A stretch of DNA of 64,000 nucleotides, from assembly GCA_017473925.1 (NCBI GenBank), contig JAFUIY010000016.1:7252-71251 (forward strand). Reading direction: 5' to 3'. A program made the translations under genes and the position numbers. Below, one piece after another: positions 37,592 to 45,955 of the stretch (position 1 is its first letter; each line of letters opens with the position of its first letter). Below the pieces are notes generated by a model. It made no database searches. It had not been told where the DNA came from and saw only the letters and a program-made list of their open reading frames with translations. The stretch comes from Clostridia bacterium. Its GTDB lineage: Bacteria > Bacillota > Clostridia > Oscillospirales > Acutalibacteraceae.

Positions 37592-38404
37592 TCAGTTTTC
37601 GCATTCTCTTAAATAAAATACAACAGACTTTTCCGTATCCTCATCAGATGGATACGGATTTTCTTTTTGAAGAAGAAAATCATACTCAGAATAAAGACAG
37701 AACGGAAGAAAGTACACTGACGGAATGACAAACAAAGATGCTGTTTTTTTTGGCAGATTCATAATTTTCAGTATAAACAGTCTGATTTTTTTACCGTCCG
37801 TCATGCTTTCTGATTTATTATAAATTTCAGTATATGATAAATTTTTATTATTGAGTAACACATAATTTACAAGTGAAAATTTAAGAATATACATCCTGTA
37901 AAAAATCAAACCGAAAACAAACAGCAATGAGGCACAGCCGACAAAAAGATAGATTACATCCGAGGGATAAAGATTATCTTCAAGAATAAATGTTGCTGAT
38001 ACAGTCAGCATAAAAGGGCTCAGGAATATAAATAATAAAAATATTTTTTTGATAAGTGTAATTAATGATAATATACTGAATCTGACTGTATCGTAAAAAG
38101 TTATATCTGTCTTTATATTTACTGAAAAGTACTCGCATTTCCTGAGCTTTGCATAATAGTAAATAAAATATAGTATTGTAATTTCCGACACTGCAGCAAA
38201 TGAAGCAATTCCGAGGGTCAGCTCATTAGTAAACACACCTGCAGATGCAAGACATGAAGTATCAAAAATAAATAAGTAAATTACAGATATTAATGATGTA
38301 AAAAAGAGAATAAAAGACAGATAATCTGATAAATATACCATGAAGCTCCTGATAGTATTTTTCTTCATCAGATTTTTTGCAGCAAATTGATTTATTCTGA
38401 ACAT
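37592..38404 (-). CDS. Polytopic membrane protein of unknown function (270 aa)
   Basis: Several hydrophobic segments and a very AT-rich gene. Start placed at ATG 38404 (GGAGG, 8-nt spacing). Its 3' end overlaps the his-operon terminator hairpin. Confidence 0.55.
   Translation of the reverse strand: MFRINQFAAKNLMKKNTIRSFMVYLSDYLSFILFFTSLISVIYLFIFDTSCLASAGVFTNELTLGIASFAAVSEITILYFIYYYAKLRKCEYFSVNIKTDITFYDTVRFSILSLITLIKKIFLLFIFLSPFMLTVSATFILEDNLYPSDVIYLFVGCASLLFVFGLIFYRMYILKFSLVNYVLLNNKNLSYTEIYNKSESMTDGKKIRLFILKIMNLPKKTASLFVIPSVYFLPFCLYSEYDFLLQKENPYPSDEDTEKSVVFYLRECEN
37632..37668 (+). terminator. Rho-independent terminator of the his operon, embedded in the convergent ORF
   Basis: TCCGTATCC (37632-37640), a 9-nt loop, GGATACGGA (37650-37658), then TTTTCTTTTT. 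Confidence 0.7.
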
Positions 38405-38412
38405 AAACAAAA

Positions 38413-38434
38413 CCTCCGATAAAATTATCGGAGG
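38413..38434 (-). terminator. Perfect hairpin plus U-tract after the amidohydrolase gene; its 3' arm is the SD of the next gene
   Basis: Minus strand: CCUCCGAUAAUUUUAUCGGAGG followed by UUUUGUUUAUG. The stem is 9-10 bp. Confidence 0.65.
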
Positions 38435-38453
38435 AAAAACATATTATTATTCA

Positions 38454-39275
38454 TTAAAGCTCAACATTCAGTTCCCTTGCAAGGTTGATACCGAGAATTT
38501 TTTCCTTGGCATCCTCAGGAATGTCAAGATTGATGATTCTTTCTATTGCTTTTTTGGTGTAATCAACACCCTTATACGGAAAATCAAGTCCGAAAATATG
38601 GTTTTCATGGTCAGTCTGATAAATAAGAGTTCTCAGCTCATCATCAGAATGGCTCCATTCTTCATAAAGACCGTTTTCACCCATTGCAATCGATGTCCAG
38701 CCTGCAAAGGTATTACGGATATCATTTCTCGAATTATTGACCATTACAGCAAGTCCCTCACGGAAGAAATGATAACCGCCGAGATGCTCCATGCTGAAAC
38801 GCAGTGTCGGATGATTATAAGCAATTTCATCATACATAAGCATGTCGTAATCAGCTATCCTGTGCCAGTGAACACCCGTATGGAATGAAAGAAACAGGTT
38901 ATGCTCAGCAGCCTTATTATAAATTCTTTCAGCCTTTTCACCGAGAAGATTGAATTCCTGATAAGCAGGATGAAGCTTTATACCCTTGAAGCCGTATGAA
39001 ACAATTCTGTCAATCTGTTCTTCAATATCGTCGGTGTCTGTATTGACAGTTCCGAAGCCGTAAAGATTATCCTTACCCACAAGCTTTTCTGCAAGGAATT
39101 CGTTCGGCTCACCTTTCAGCCCGAAATATTCATAGTGGCCGTGAAAAGGAGCAAAGCATACAGCTTTTTCAATTTCACATTCTTCCATAAGCTCAAGAAG
39201 CTTCTCTACTGTACCCATCGGCTTTGATTCTTCGGGAAAGACATGTGCATGGTTTGCAAAGATTTTGTATTTCAT
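38454..39275 (-). CDS. Amidohydrolase-fold metal-dependent hydrolase (Amidohydrolase_2-like)
   Basis: N-terminal HxH (FANHAHVF), plus later His and Asp positions typical of TIM-barrel amidohydrolases. Start is ATG 39275 or 39281. It overlaps or abuts the sialidase stop. Confidence 0.7.
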   Translation of the reverse strand: MKYKIFANHAHVFPEESKPMGTVEKLLELMEECEIEKAVCFAPFHGHYEYFGLKGEPNEFLAEKLVGKDNLYGFGTVNTDTDDIEEQIDRIVSYGFKGIKLHPAYQEFNLLGEKAERIYNKAAEHNLFLSFHTGVHWHRIADYDMLMYDEIAYNHPTLRFSMEHLGGYHFFREGLAVMVNNSRNDIRNTFAGWTSIAMGENGLYEEWSHSDDELRTLIYQTDHENHIFGLDFPYKGVDYTKKAIERIINLDIPEDAKEKILGINLARELNVEL

Positions 39276-39280
39276 AATCA

Positions 39281-40651
39281 TCAACCTTTAAAAGGAGTAA
39301 TATCTCCGTCATCTGAAAGTGAGTAAATCTTGTAAGTAATATTTGCTGCCTTATCTTCATAAAGGAATGCAATATTGCCGTCCTTAAGCTCGGTAAGACA
39401 TGAGTAAGCAAAGAATTCTTCATTGACCTTGTATTTATTTATCCAGTCAACTTTGTTGTTTTCACCGACAAGACCTACGGCAATAATGCCGTTTGCACGC
39501 TTTTTGATATCAGAAGGAAATGAACCGATAATTACATTCTTACCCTTGATTTTACGTGAATAATTAATAAAGGATGACATGCAATTGCCGTATGCGGGAA
39601 GATTTTTATCATGAATGAATTTAGTCCACGTTTCACCACCGTCTGTGCTGTCAGAAAATGAAATATAGTTTCCTTTATTTCTTGCATAGATTCGAAGCTT
39701 TCCGTCAGGAAGATTTACAATCTGTGATTCACTTGTTTTTCCCACGCCAAAGCCGTGTTTAGTGTCGGCTCTGTGCCATGTTTTACCGTTGTCATCGGAG
39801 TAAATTACAACAACCTCTTCACTTGAGCCCTTGATAAGCCCGTTTCTGTAAAGTGTAAAAAGTATTCTTTCCTTTCCGTTTACCTTTACAGTAGCTCCTC
39901 TGCCCGGCCCTACACCGACAAAGCCTTCACTCTTTTTCTTTATCTGTGAAGAAATATTCATGGGCTTGCTCCATGTTTTTCCGTTGTCGTCAGAATATCT
40001 GAGCCAGAGATAACATGTACGGTAGGCTGAAAAATATGACTTATCATAATAAACATTCTGTTTTATCTGTTTGTCAGAGCCTTCCTGCTTCTGGTAAAGA
40101 GCCTCATTATTTTTATAAATACAAAAATCCTCATCAACGGAATACTCCGTTGCAGTGTTATCCGTAAGTCTCATTACGGGAGCAAAGCCGTCCTTATAAT
40201 CACCGATATAATATCTGAATGTTCCGATTTTATCTGAACATGAACCTGTTGTGAGAAGAAGATGCTCTTTGCCGTTGACGGTCACAAAGCCTGTTCCCTT
40301 TTTGCAGGTCATGTAGCCTCCGTCAGAAGTCCATAAATCAGTAAGAATGAAAATTCTGCCCTTTTCTGTCTGAACAATTGCAGTATCAATAAATGATGCA
40401 CTTGCCTTTGCCGTAACAGTATCTACATAATCGTCAAAATAATTAACTACATTAAATCTCCACTCGGAGTAACCGTCATCAGAAAATGCAAGAAGTGTAT
40501 CGATATTATTCGGTGAATCAGCACCGTGATTGTATCTCATGTCAGCGGCAGCAAGAACAGTACCGTCATGAAGTGTATATATGGCAGGTATACGGTAAGT
40601 TTGTGAGCCCATAGTGCCTGCTTCAAATGGCTGAAAAATCTGATTATTCAT
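39281..40651 (-). CDS. BNR/Asp-box exo-alpha-sialidase (GH33-like), no signal peptide
   Basis: RIP motif (QTYRIPAI) and three Asp-boxes (SDDNGKTW twice, STDGGETW). Start taken as ATG 40651; an SD-spaced ATT at 40666 is an alternative. The track's N-terminal extension runs through the spoIVB terminator and a promoter. Confidence 0.8.
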   Translation of the reverse strand: MNNQIFQPFEAGTMGSQTYRIPAIYTLHDGTVLAAADMRYNHGADSPNNIDTLLAFSDDGYSEWRFNVVNYFDDYVDTVTAKASASFIDTAIVQTEKGRIFILTDLWTSDGGYMTCKKGTGFVTVNGKEHLLLTTGSCSDKIGTFRYYIGDYKDGFAPVMRLTDNTATEYSVDEDFCIYKNNEALYQKQEGSDKQIKQNVYYDKSYFSAYRTCYLWLRYSDDNGKTWSKPMNISSQIKKKSEGFVGVGPGRGATVKVNGKERILFTLYRNGLIKGSSEEVVVIYSDDNGKTWHRADTKHGFGVGKTSESQIVNLPDGKLRIYARNKGNYISFSDSTDGGETWTKFIHDKNLPAYGNCMSSFINYSRKIKGKNVIIGSFPSDIKKRANGIIAVGLVGENNKVDWINKYKVNEEFFAYSCLTELKDGNIAFLYEDKAANITYKIYSLSDDGDITPFKG

Positions 40652-40690
40652 AAATTCGACAGCAATAAATGCTTCCTCCGTTTTTATTAA

Positions 40691-40719
40691 ATGATAACAT
40701 GCATGAAATAAATTGTCAA
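40691..40719 (-). promoter_or_regulatory. sigmaA-type promoter of the sialidase unit
   Basis: Minus strand: TTGACA (40719-40714), exactly 17 nt of spacer, TATCAT (40696-40691). Confidence 0.55.
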
Positions 40720-40730
40720 TAATTACAAAA

Positions 40731-40756
40731 TGAAAAACAGCGGGAATAACCCGCTG
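40731..40756 (-). terminator. Rho-independent terminator after spoIVB
   Basis: Minus strand: CAGCGGG-UUAUU-CCCGCUG followed by UUUUUCAUUUU. It begins 5 nt after the spoIVB stop. Confidence 0.8.
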
Positions 40757-40760
40757 AAAA

Positions 40761-41969
40761 TCATTCTGCAATACTGTTCATTGTATCAAACATTGTTTCT
40801 GCAAATATACCGTAGCCTCTTGTAGGGTCATTGAGAAATACATGAGTAACAGCACCGACAAGCTTTCCGTCCTGAATAATCGGACTGCCGCTCATTCCCT
40901 GGACAATACCGCCCGTCACTGCAAGCAATTCCGGATCAGTAATTCTGATAACAAGAGAACGGGATTCAGGACTGCTGCTGTAGCTTATCTTTTCTATTTC
41001 AATATCATACATCTGCTTTCCCTTGTCTGAAACTGTTGATATAATTTTAGCATTTCCGGTTTTGATTTCGTTGGATCCTGCAAGAGGATACATCTCATTG
41101 TCTGATACATCAGATGACGAAAACGTACCGTAGAGACCGAACTCATTATTATCGATTATATCTCCCATATCAGATGACATAAAAGAACCTTTAATCTGTC
41201 CTGTTGTTCCCTTCTGACCTTTATCACAGCCGTTTACAGTCGCATCATAGATATCTCCGTCATTTACTGTCAGAACAGATTTAGTTTCACTGTCACAGAT
41301 TGCATGACCGAGAGATGCAAACATATCTGTTTCAGGGTCCGTAAATGTCAGTGTGCCGATACCTGCTGTGCTGTCCTTAAGCCATAAGCCGCATCTGTAT
41401 TTATTTTCCGACTCACAATAAACAGGTTTCAGTGAATAATAATATACCTCATCATTACGTTTTACTGTGAGACCTACATTGTTCCCATCGCATGCAGTGA
41501 TAACGGCAGAAAATGCATTTACGGATGTAATTATTTCGTCATTGACATGAGTTATGATGTCACCGACCTCAATTCCGCATTCTTCGGCAGGACTGATGTT
41601 TCCTGATGCAGATGAAACATCATCAGTCGCAACAACAAGCAATCCGTCGGTGAAGATTTTGATTCCTATAAGATCACCGCCTGCACAGACATATTTTCTG
41701 TCTCTGACTACAGCCTGAGTTTCACAGACCGGAAAAACACCGAGAAAAGATATTTCAGCATTTGATTCAGTTATTCCGTTTAATGATGATGCCTGAACTA
41801 CTTTCTCACTCTTTTTTACAGAATAAAGATTCATGTATTGCATCTGTTTATTATCCTCATAAAACACAACCTGATGAGGCTGAGTGTAAAAGCCTATTGT
41901 AATAAAAACAAATATCACAACACATAATAAGGACAAAACAGCGTCAGCTTTTCTTATTAAATTTTTCAT
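40761..41969 (-). CDS. spoIVB: SpoIVB peptidase (S55), sporulation signalling protease
   Basis: N-terminal TM, a PDZ domain (GIEVGDIITHVNDEII) and a catalytic Ser context (GMSGSPIIQDGKLVGAVTHVF). Confidence 0.9.
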   Translation of the reverse strand: MKNLIRKADAVLSLLCVVIFVFITIGFYTQPHQVVFYEDNKQMQYMNLYSVKKSEKVVQASSLNGITESNAEISFLGVFPVCETQAVVRDRKYVCAGGDLIGIKIFTDGLLVVATDDVSSASGNISPAEECGIEVGDIITHVNDEIITSVNAFSAVITACDGNNVGLTVKRNDEVYYYSLKPVYCESENKYRCGLWLKDSTAGIGTLTFTDPETDMFASLGHAICDSETKSVLTVNDGDIYDATVNGCDKGQKGTTGQIKGSFMSSDMGDIIDNNEFGLYGTFSSSDVSDNEMYPLAGSNEIKTGNAKIISTVSDKGKQMYDIEIEKISYSSSPESRSLVIRITDPELLAVTGGIVQGMSGSPIIQDGKLVGAVTHVFLNDPTRGYGIFAETMFDTMNSIAE

Positions 41970-42074
41970 AAAACACCTCCGTCATAAAAATCTCACAATT
42001 AATTTGGCTTTAAAATATAAGTTTATTAACGGAATTTTTTAATGTGACGGAAATGCGATACTGTAAAATTGTTC

Positions 42075-42105
42075 AAAAAAAATAACCGTCATCAGAGACG
42101 GTTAT
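42075..42105 (-). terminator. Rho-independent terminator after prmA
   Basis: Minus strand: AUAACCGUC, a 6-nt loop, GACGGUUAU, followed by UUUUUUUU. Confidence 0.85.
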
Positions 42106-42117
42106 ATAATAGTATGA

Positions 42118-43041
42118 TTAAGCCTTCATGCATTCAAAGCAGAGCCATCCGCCCTCTTCATGACGGGCTGTTATTCTGAATCCGTACTCAGTAAGAGCTG
42201 AAACAACCTCGTCTTCACGCATATCAATAATACCCGATACGATATAAACGCTGTCATCATTCATGAATTCATCAACGCCCTTTGAGAGCATAATAATGGC
42301 ATCAGCAACAATATTTGCGGCAATAACATCAAATTTGCCTGAAACCTTATCTGTAAGATTGCCGTGATGCAGAGTATACTTTGACTCAGCTATGCAGTTC
42401 CTGTCAGCATTTTCTCTTGCAGTCTTGACAGCGAGCTTATCAATATCAACACCTGTTGCTTCTTCTGCACCGAGAAGAAGAGATGCAATCGAGAGAATAC
42501 CGCTGCCGCAGCCGATATCGAGCATCTTACAGCCGGGTGTGATATGCTTTTCAATCGCAGCAAGACAGAGTCTTGTGGTTTCATGAGAGCCTGAGCCGAA
42601 AGCAAGACCGGGCTCAAGGTGAAGCACTACCCTGTCACCTGCTTCAACCTTATCTTTCCATATGGGCTGAATGAGAAGTCTTTCACCTACTGGCATAGGT
42701 TTGAAATATTTTTTCCAGTTGTTCTCCCAGTCAGCATTTTTGCAAAGAACAGTATCAATTTCGTATTCAATATTTTCAGCATTGAGTCTGTCCTTTATAA
42801 ATGATACAGCTTCATTGGAATTTTCCTCAGGTGAAATATACACATGAACAATACCCTTTGACCTGTCACGGGCAAGAAGCTCCTCATCAATAAGGTCGAT
42901 ATGAGCAATTTCAAGAACTGCATCCTCCATATCGGAATAATCTTCAATATATATTCCGTAAGGAACAGTCATTGATACAATTGCACCCGCTTCATCAACG
43001 CTTTCAACGGGAACGGTAACTTTAATTTCGGTCCAATCCAT
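42118..43041 (-). CDS. prmA: Ribosomal protein L11 methyltransferase
   Basis: MDWTEIKV N-terminus, FGSGSHETT, and the SAM motif DIGCGSGILS. Confidence 0.93.
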   Translation of the reverse strand: MDWTEIKVTVPVESVDEAGAIVSMTVPYGIYIEDYSDMEDAVLEIAHIDLIDEELLARDRSKGIVHVYISPEENSNEAVSFIKDRLNAENIEYEIDTVLCKNADWENNWKKYFKPMPVGERLLIQPIWKDKVEAGDRVVLHLEPGLAFGSGSHETTRLCLAAIEKHITPGCKMLDIGCGSGILSIASLLLGAEEATGVDIDKLAVKTARENADRNCIAESKYTLHHGNLTDKVSGKFDVIAANIVADAIIMLSKGVDEFMNDDSVYIVSGIIDMREDEVVSALTEYGFRITARHEEGGWLCFECMKA

Positions 43042-43067
43042 AATATACCTCTTTTGTATTAATAATT

Positions 43068-44036
43068 TTAATCAAGATTAACTTTAGTGTCGGGAGCTTT
43101 TCTGCCGTGATTGTAGAACTTTCTGTCATGAAGTGCCCACTGACGGTTAGAAAATTCACGGGGTGAAACATCAAGAAGACAGCTTTCAATCTCATAGATG
43201 TTTGCATCAAGGGAGTCGAGCTCTGAAAGAATCTCAGCTTCAAGGAACAAGGGTCTGACAGCTGCACCGAATTCAGGCTCACCGTGATGGGAAATAAGCA
43301 TATGCTCAATAAGCATTGCTGTATCTCTGTCAATATTATTATCTCTTGCAATTCTGTCAACAGCCATGGCTCCCATCACAAGATGTCCCACAAGAGTACC
43401 CTCGGGAGTATAACCGTCAACAAGACCTGACTGAGAAATAACAAATTCATCTGTTTTGCATACATCGTGAAGAATTGCTCCTGAAATAAGAAGCTCCCTG
43501 TCAACTGTAGGATAAATTGAAGCAACACATTCACAGAGCTTTACAATAGACAGTGTATGCATAAGAAGTCCGCCGCGGATTGCATGATGAAGTCTGAACG
43601 CAGCAGGACAGTCAAGCATTCTGTCACCGTATTCATCAAGAACAGCATTGACAAGAGTTTTAAGCGCATTATTAGTAAAACCATTGACTTTATCCCTGAT
43701 TGTTTTCATCATATACTGTCCTGAATAATCAGCAGAAGGAATAATATCTGCCATATCGACATTATCATTGTCCCATTTCTCTCTGATTCTGTCAACACGG
43801 AGCTGAGGTGTTCCGTTGTATTCTGACAATACGCCTCTGACTTTTACAACAGTATTTGCTTCAGGAAGGAATCCTCCTTCACGGAAATCCCACATTTTTG
43901 CATTGATTTCACCTGTTTTATCTGCAAGGCTCATGTCAAGGAAAACAGAGCCGTTTTTTGCAGTTTTCTTATCACAATGTTTAACAAGGACAAAGCCTTC
44001 AACGGTACCGTTTCCGTCAAGCTCTTTGAAATTCAT
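43068..44036 (-). CDS. yhaM: 3'-5' exoribonuclease YhaM family (OB-fold + HD domain)
   Basis: OB-fold N-terminus (GFVLVKHCDKKTAKNGSVFLDMSLADKTGEINAKMWD) and HD motifs (LLMHTL...ILHDVCK). Confidence 0.85.
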   Translation of the reverse strand: MNFKELDGNGTVEGFVLVKHCDKKTAKNGSVFLDMSLADKTGEINAKMWDFREGGFLPEANTVVKVRGVLSEYNGTPQLRVDRIREKWDNDNVDMADIIPSADYSGQYMMKTIRDKVNGFTNNALKTLVNAVLDEYGDRMLDCPAAFRLHHAIRGGLLMHTLSIVKLCECVASIYPTVDRELLISGAILHDVCKTDEFVISQSGLVDGYTPEGTLVGHLVMGAMAVDRIARDNNIDRDTAMLIEHMLISHHGEPEFGAAVRPLFLEAEILSELDSLDANIYEIESCLLDVSPREFSNRQWALHDRKFYNHGRKAPDTKVNLD

Positions 44037-44596
44037 TATTCTTCACCCTCTGCAGTCTTCTTTTTTCTGAAAATAACAAGCTTACTCATTACATAATTGA
44101 ATATAACAACTATAACTGCCATAAGAAGCTTTGCAATCCATTTGCTTGCGTTTTCACTAAGGATATTATAATTAATAAATATATTTCTTACAAGCATAAA
44201 GCCAAGGGACTCAAACACAAGAAAGGATACTATTCTTGCACCGAAGAATGAAACAATCTCCCTGAAAATTACCGAAGCTTTTGTGCTCTTGCTTTCAAAC
44301 ACCCATAACTTATTTGTAACATAGGCAAACAATACAGCCACAATCCATGCAATAAGAGTTGAAACATCTTCAAATGTTATTCTGAAATTATTTAAAAACA
44401 AGGTAAAATCAATAATACTTCCGTTGCCGAGAATTTTATCACAGGCAAAGAAAACAACAAGATTGACAACCGTAGTCATAACGCCAAAAAAGAGATATGT
44501 CAGCATCTCATAGCTGAGAAGCTTCCCGATAACGGGAATATCAAGAAACATTTTAAAGAATTTTATTGAAAATATTTTTTCATACAGTTTTTTCAA
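44036..44596 (-). CDS. GtrA-family membrane protein
   Basis: 186 aa with four TM segments and a typical GtrA-like N-terminal motif (YLFFGVMTTVVNLVVFF). One-nucleotide overlap with yhaM. Confidence 0.7.
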   Translation of the reverse strand: MKKLYEKIFSIKFFKMFLDIPVIGKLLSYEMLTYLFFGVMTTVVNLVVFFACDKILGNGSIIDFTLFLNNFRITFEDVSTLIAWIVAVLFAYVTNKLWVFESKSTKASVIFREIVSFFGARIVSFLVFESLGFMLVRNIFINYNILSENASKWIAKLLMAVIVVIFNYVMSKLVIFRKKKTAEGEE

Positions 44597-44730
44597 AACA
44601 ATAAATCTCCTGAATCATTATTTGTTTTTATATATTACCATTTATTTTATATTTTTGCAACATAGATAAGGGATATTTTTTGAGAAAAGACACATTCTAA
44701 ATATACATCAATAAAAGAAAGGTGAATATC

Positions 44731-44916
44731 ATGAATAAAAAGATGATGACAGCAACAAAAACTATCGGTGCAGTTATGGCTGTTGGCGGTGCCGCAGCAA
44801 TGATCGGTTCAGCAATGAGCAATAAAAAGTCTGCAAAGAAGCAAATCAAAAAGACTGCCGATAAAACAATGAAGACTATTAACGGCGTCCTTGACTCTAT
44901 TCAAAGCATGATGTAA
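44731..44916 (+). CDS. Small (61 aa) Gly/Ala-rich membrane-associated, Lys-rich protein, hypothetical
   Basis: ATG 44731 with SD AAAGGTGA. Sequence MNKKMMTATKTIGAVMAVGGAAAMIGSAMSNKKSAKKQIKK... A hairpin follows. Confidence 0.5.
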   Translation: MNKKMMTATKTIGAVMAVGGAAAMIGSAMSNKKSAKKQIKKTADKTMKTINGVLDSIQSMM

Positions 44917-44954
44917 AAACAGCGGAAAATCCGCTGTACATAAGGAGTGGAAAT

Positions 44955-45899
44955 ATGAAAAAGTTTATTTCATGCATTATTGCAGTAATTATATTATGCT
45001 CATGTACTGTAGAATACAACACATCTGAATACAGAGAAAATGAAAAAATGTCGGCAGAAAACAACACTGCCGTCACTTATATAAGAGGTAATACAATATA
45101 CGGAGAGACAACAGGTACAACAAAAACCTACACAGGACTTGAGCCTCTTGATTTGCAGGATTTTTCAAATATTGAGATTTCACCGTCAGGACTAAGTACA
45201 ACAAAAATATGTCACAGCTACGGTGTTGCAAAAAACGGCAAGGCACATGAGATTTCACTTGAAAGTCAGAAATTTTTTGAAGCAAACGGTTATAATGCGG
45301 TGACTCTTGATACATCAGAACAAACAAAAAACATTTATCTTACATTTGATGTCGGCTATGATAACGGCTATACTGAAATGATACTTGATACACTGAAAGA
45401 AAAAGGTGTTTCTGCTGCTTTTTTCTGTACAGTTGATGAAATGAAATCAAATCCTGAAGCTATTGCAAGGATGATTAATGAGGGGCATATCGTCGGTAAT
45501 CACACGGATAATCATCCTTCAATGGATGAACTGACAAGAGCCGAAATGATTGCAGAAATCAAGGGCTTCGACGACTATATCAGAACAAATTTCGGTTATT
45601 CATCACCGTATTTCAGATTTCCTAAGGGAGAATACTCCGAAGAAGCTCTTGATGTTGTCGGAGATATGGGATATATGAGTATTTTCTGGTCACTTGCATA
45701 TGCTGACTGGGACACGGAAAATCAGAAATCGGCACAGTATGCACACGATACCGTAATATCAAGAATACATCCCGGTGCAGTAATACTTTTACATGCAGTA
45801 TTAGCAGATAATGCCTATGCTCTTGAGGAAATAATTGACACTGCAGAAAGTATGGGATATGTGTTTGAAAGTATTGAAAATTATCGAAAATGTAATTGA
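44955..45899 (+). CDS. pdaA: Polysaccharide deacetylase (CE4), PdaA-like delta-lactam-biosynthetic de-N-acetylase; lipoprotein
   Basis: Lipobox ILCSC. NodB motifs TFDVGYDNGYT and GHIVGNHTDNHP, FWSLAYADW and the HPGAVILLHA pattern, as in B. subtilis PdaA. Confidence 0.8.
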   Translation: MKKFISCIIAVIILCSCTVEYNTSEYRENEKMSAENNTAVTYIRGNTIYGETTGTTKTYTGLEPLDLQDFSNIEISPSGLSTTKICHSYGVAKNGKAHEISLESQKFFEANGYNAVTLDTSEQTKNIYLTFDVGYDNGYTEMILDTLKEKGVSAAFFCTVDEMKSNPEAIARMINEGHIVGNHTDNHPSMDELTRAEMIAEIKGFDDYIRTNFGYSSPYFRFPKGEYSEEALDVVGDMGYMSIFWSLAYADWDTENQKSAQYAHDTVISRIHPGAVILLHAVLADNAYALEEIIDTAESMGYVFESIENYRKCN

Positions 45900-45924
45900 C
45901 ATCGTGATATTTCGGATATATAAT
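45896..45924 (+). promoter_or_regulatory. Consensus sigmaA promoter of nadA
   Basis: TTGACA (45896-45901, overlapping the pdaA stop), exactly 17 nt of spacer, then TATAAT (45919-45924). Confidence 0.6.
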
Positions 45925-45955
45925 AGTATAAATAATTATACAGAGGTGTTTTCTG

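Noticed and set aside
40652-40771. N-terminal 40-codon extension of the sialidase ORF
   Set aside because: It would read through the spoIVB terminator hairpin (40738-40756) and a TTGACA-17-TATCAT promoter. The encoded sequence is not sialidase-like.
44919-44937. Hairpin ACAGCGGA-AAA-TCCGCTGT after the 61-aa ORF as a terminator
   Set aside because: There is no U-tract after the stem. It runs directly into the pdaA SD, so it is at best a partial attenuator or mRNA-stabilising stem.
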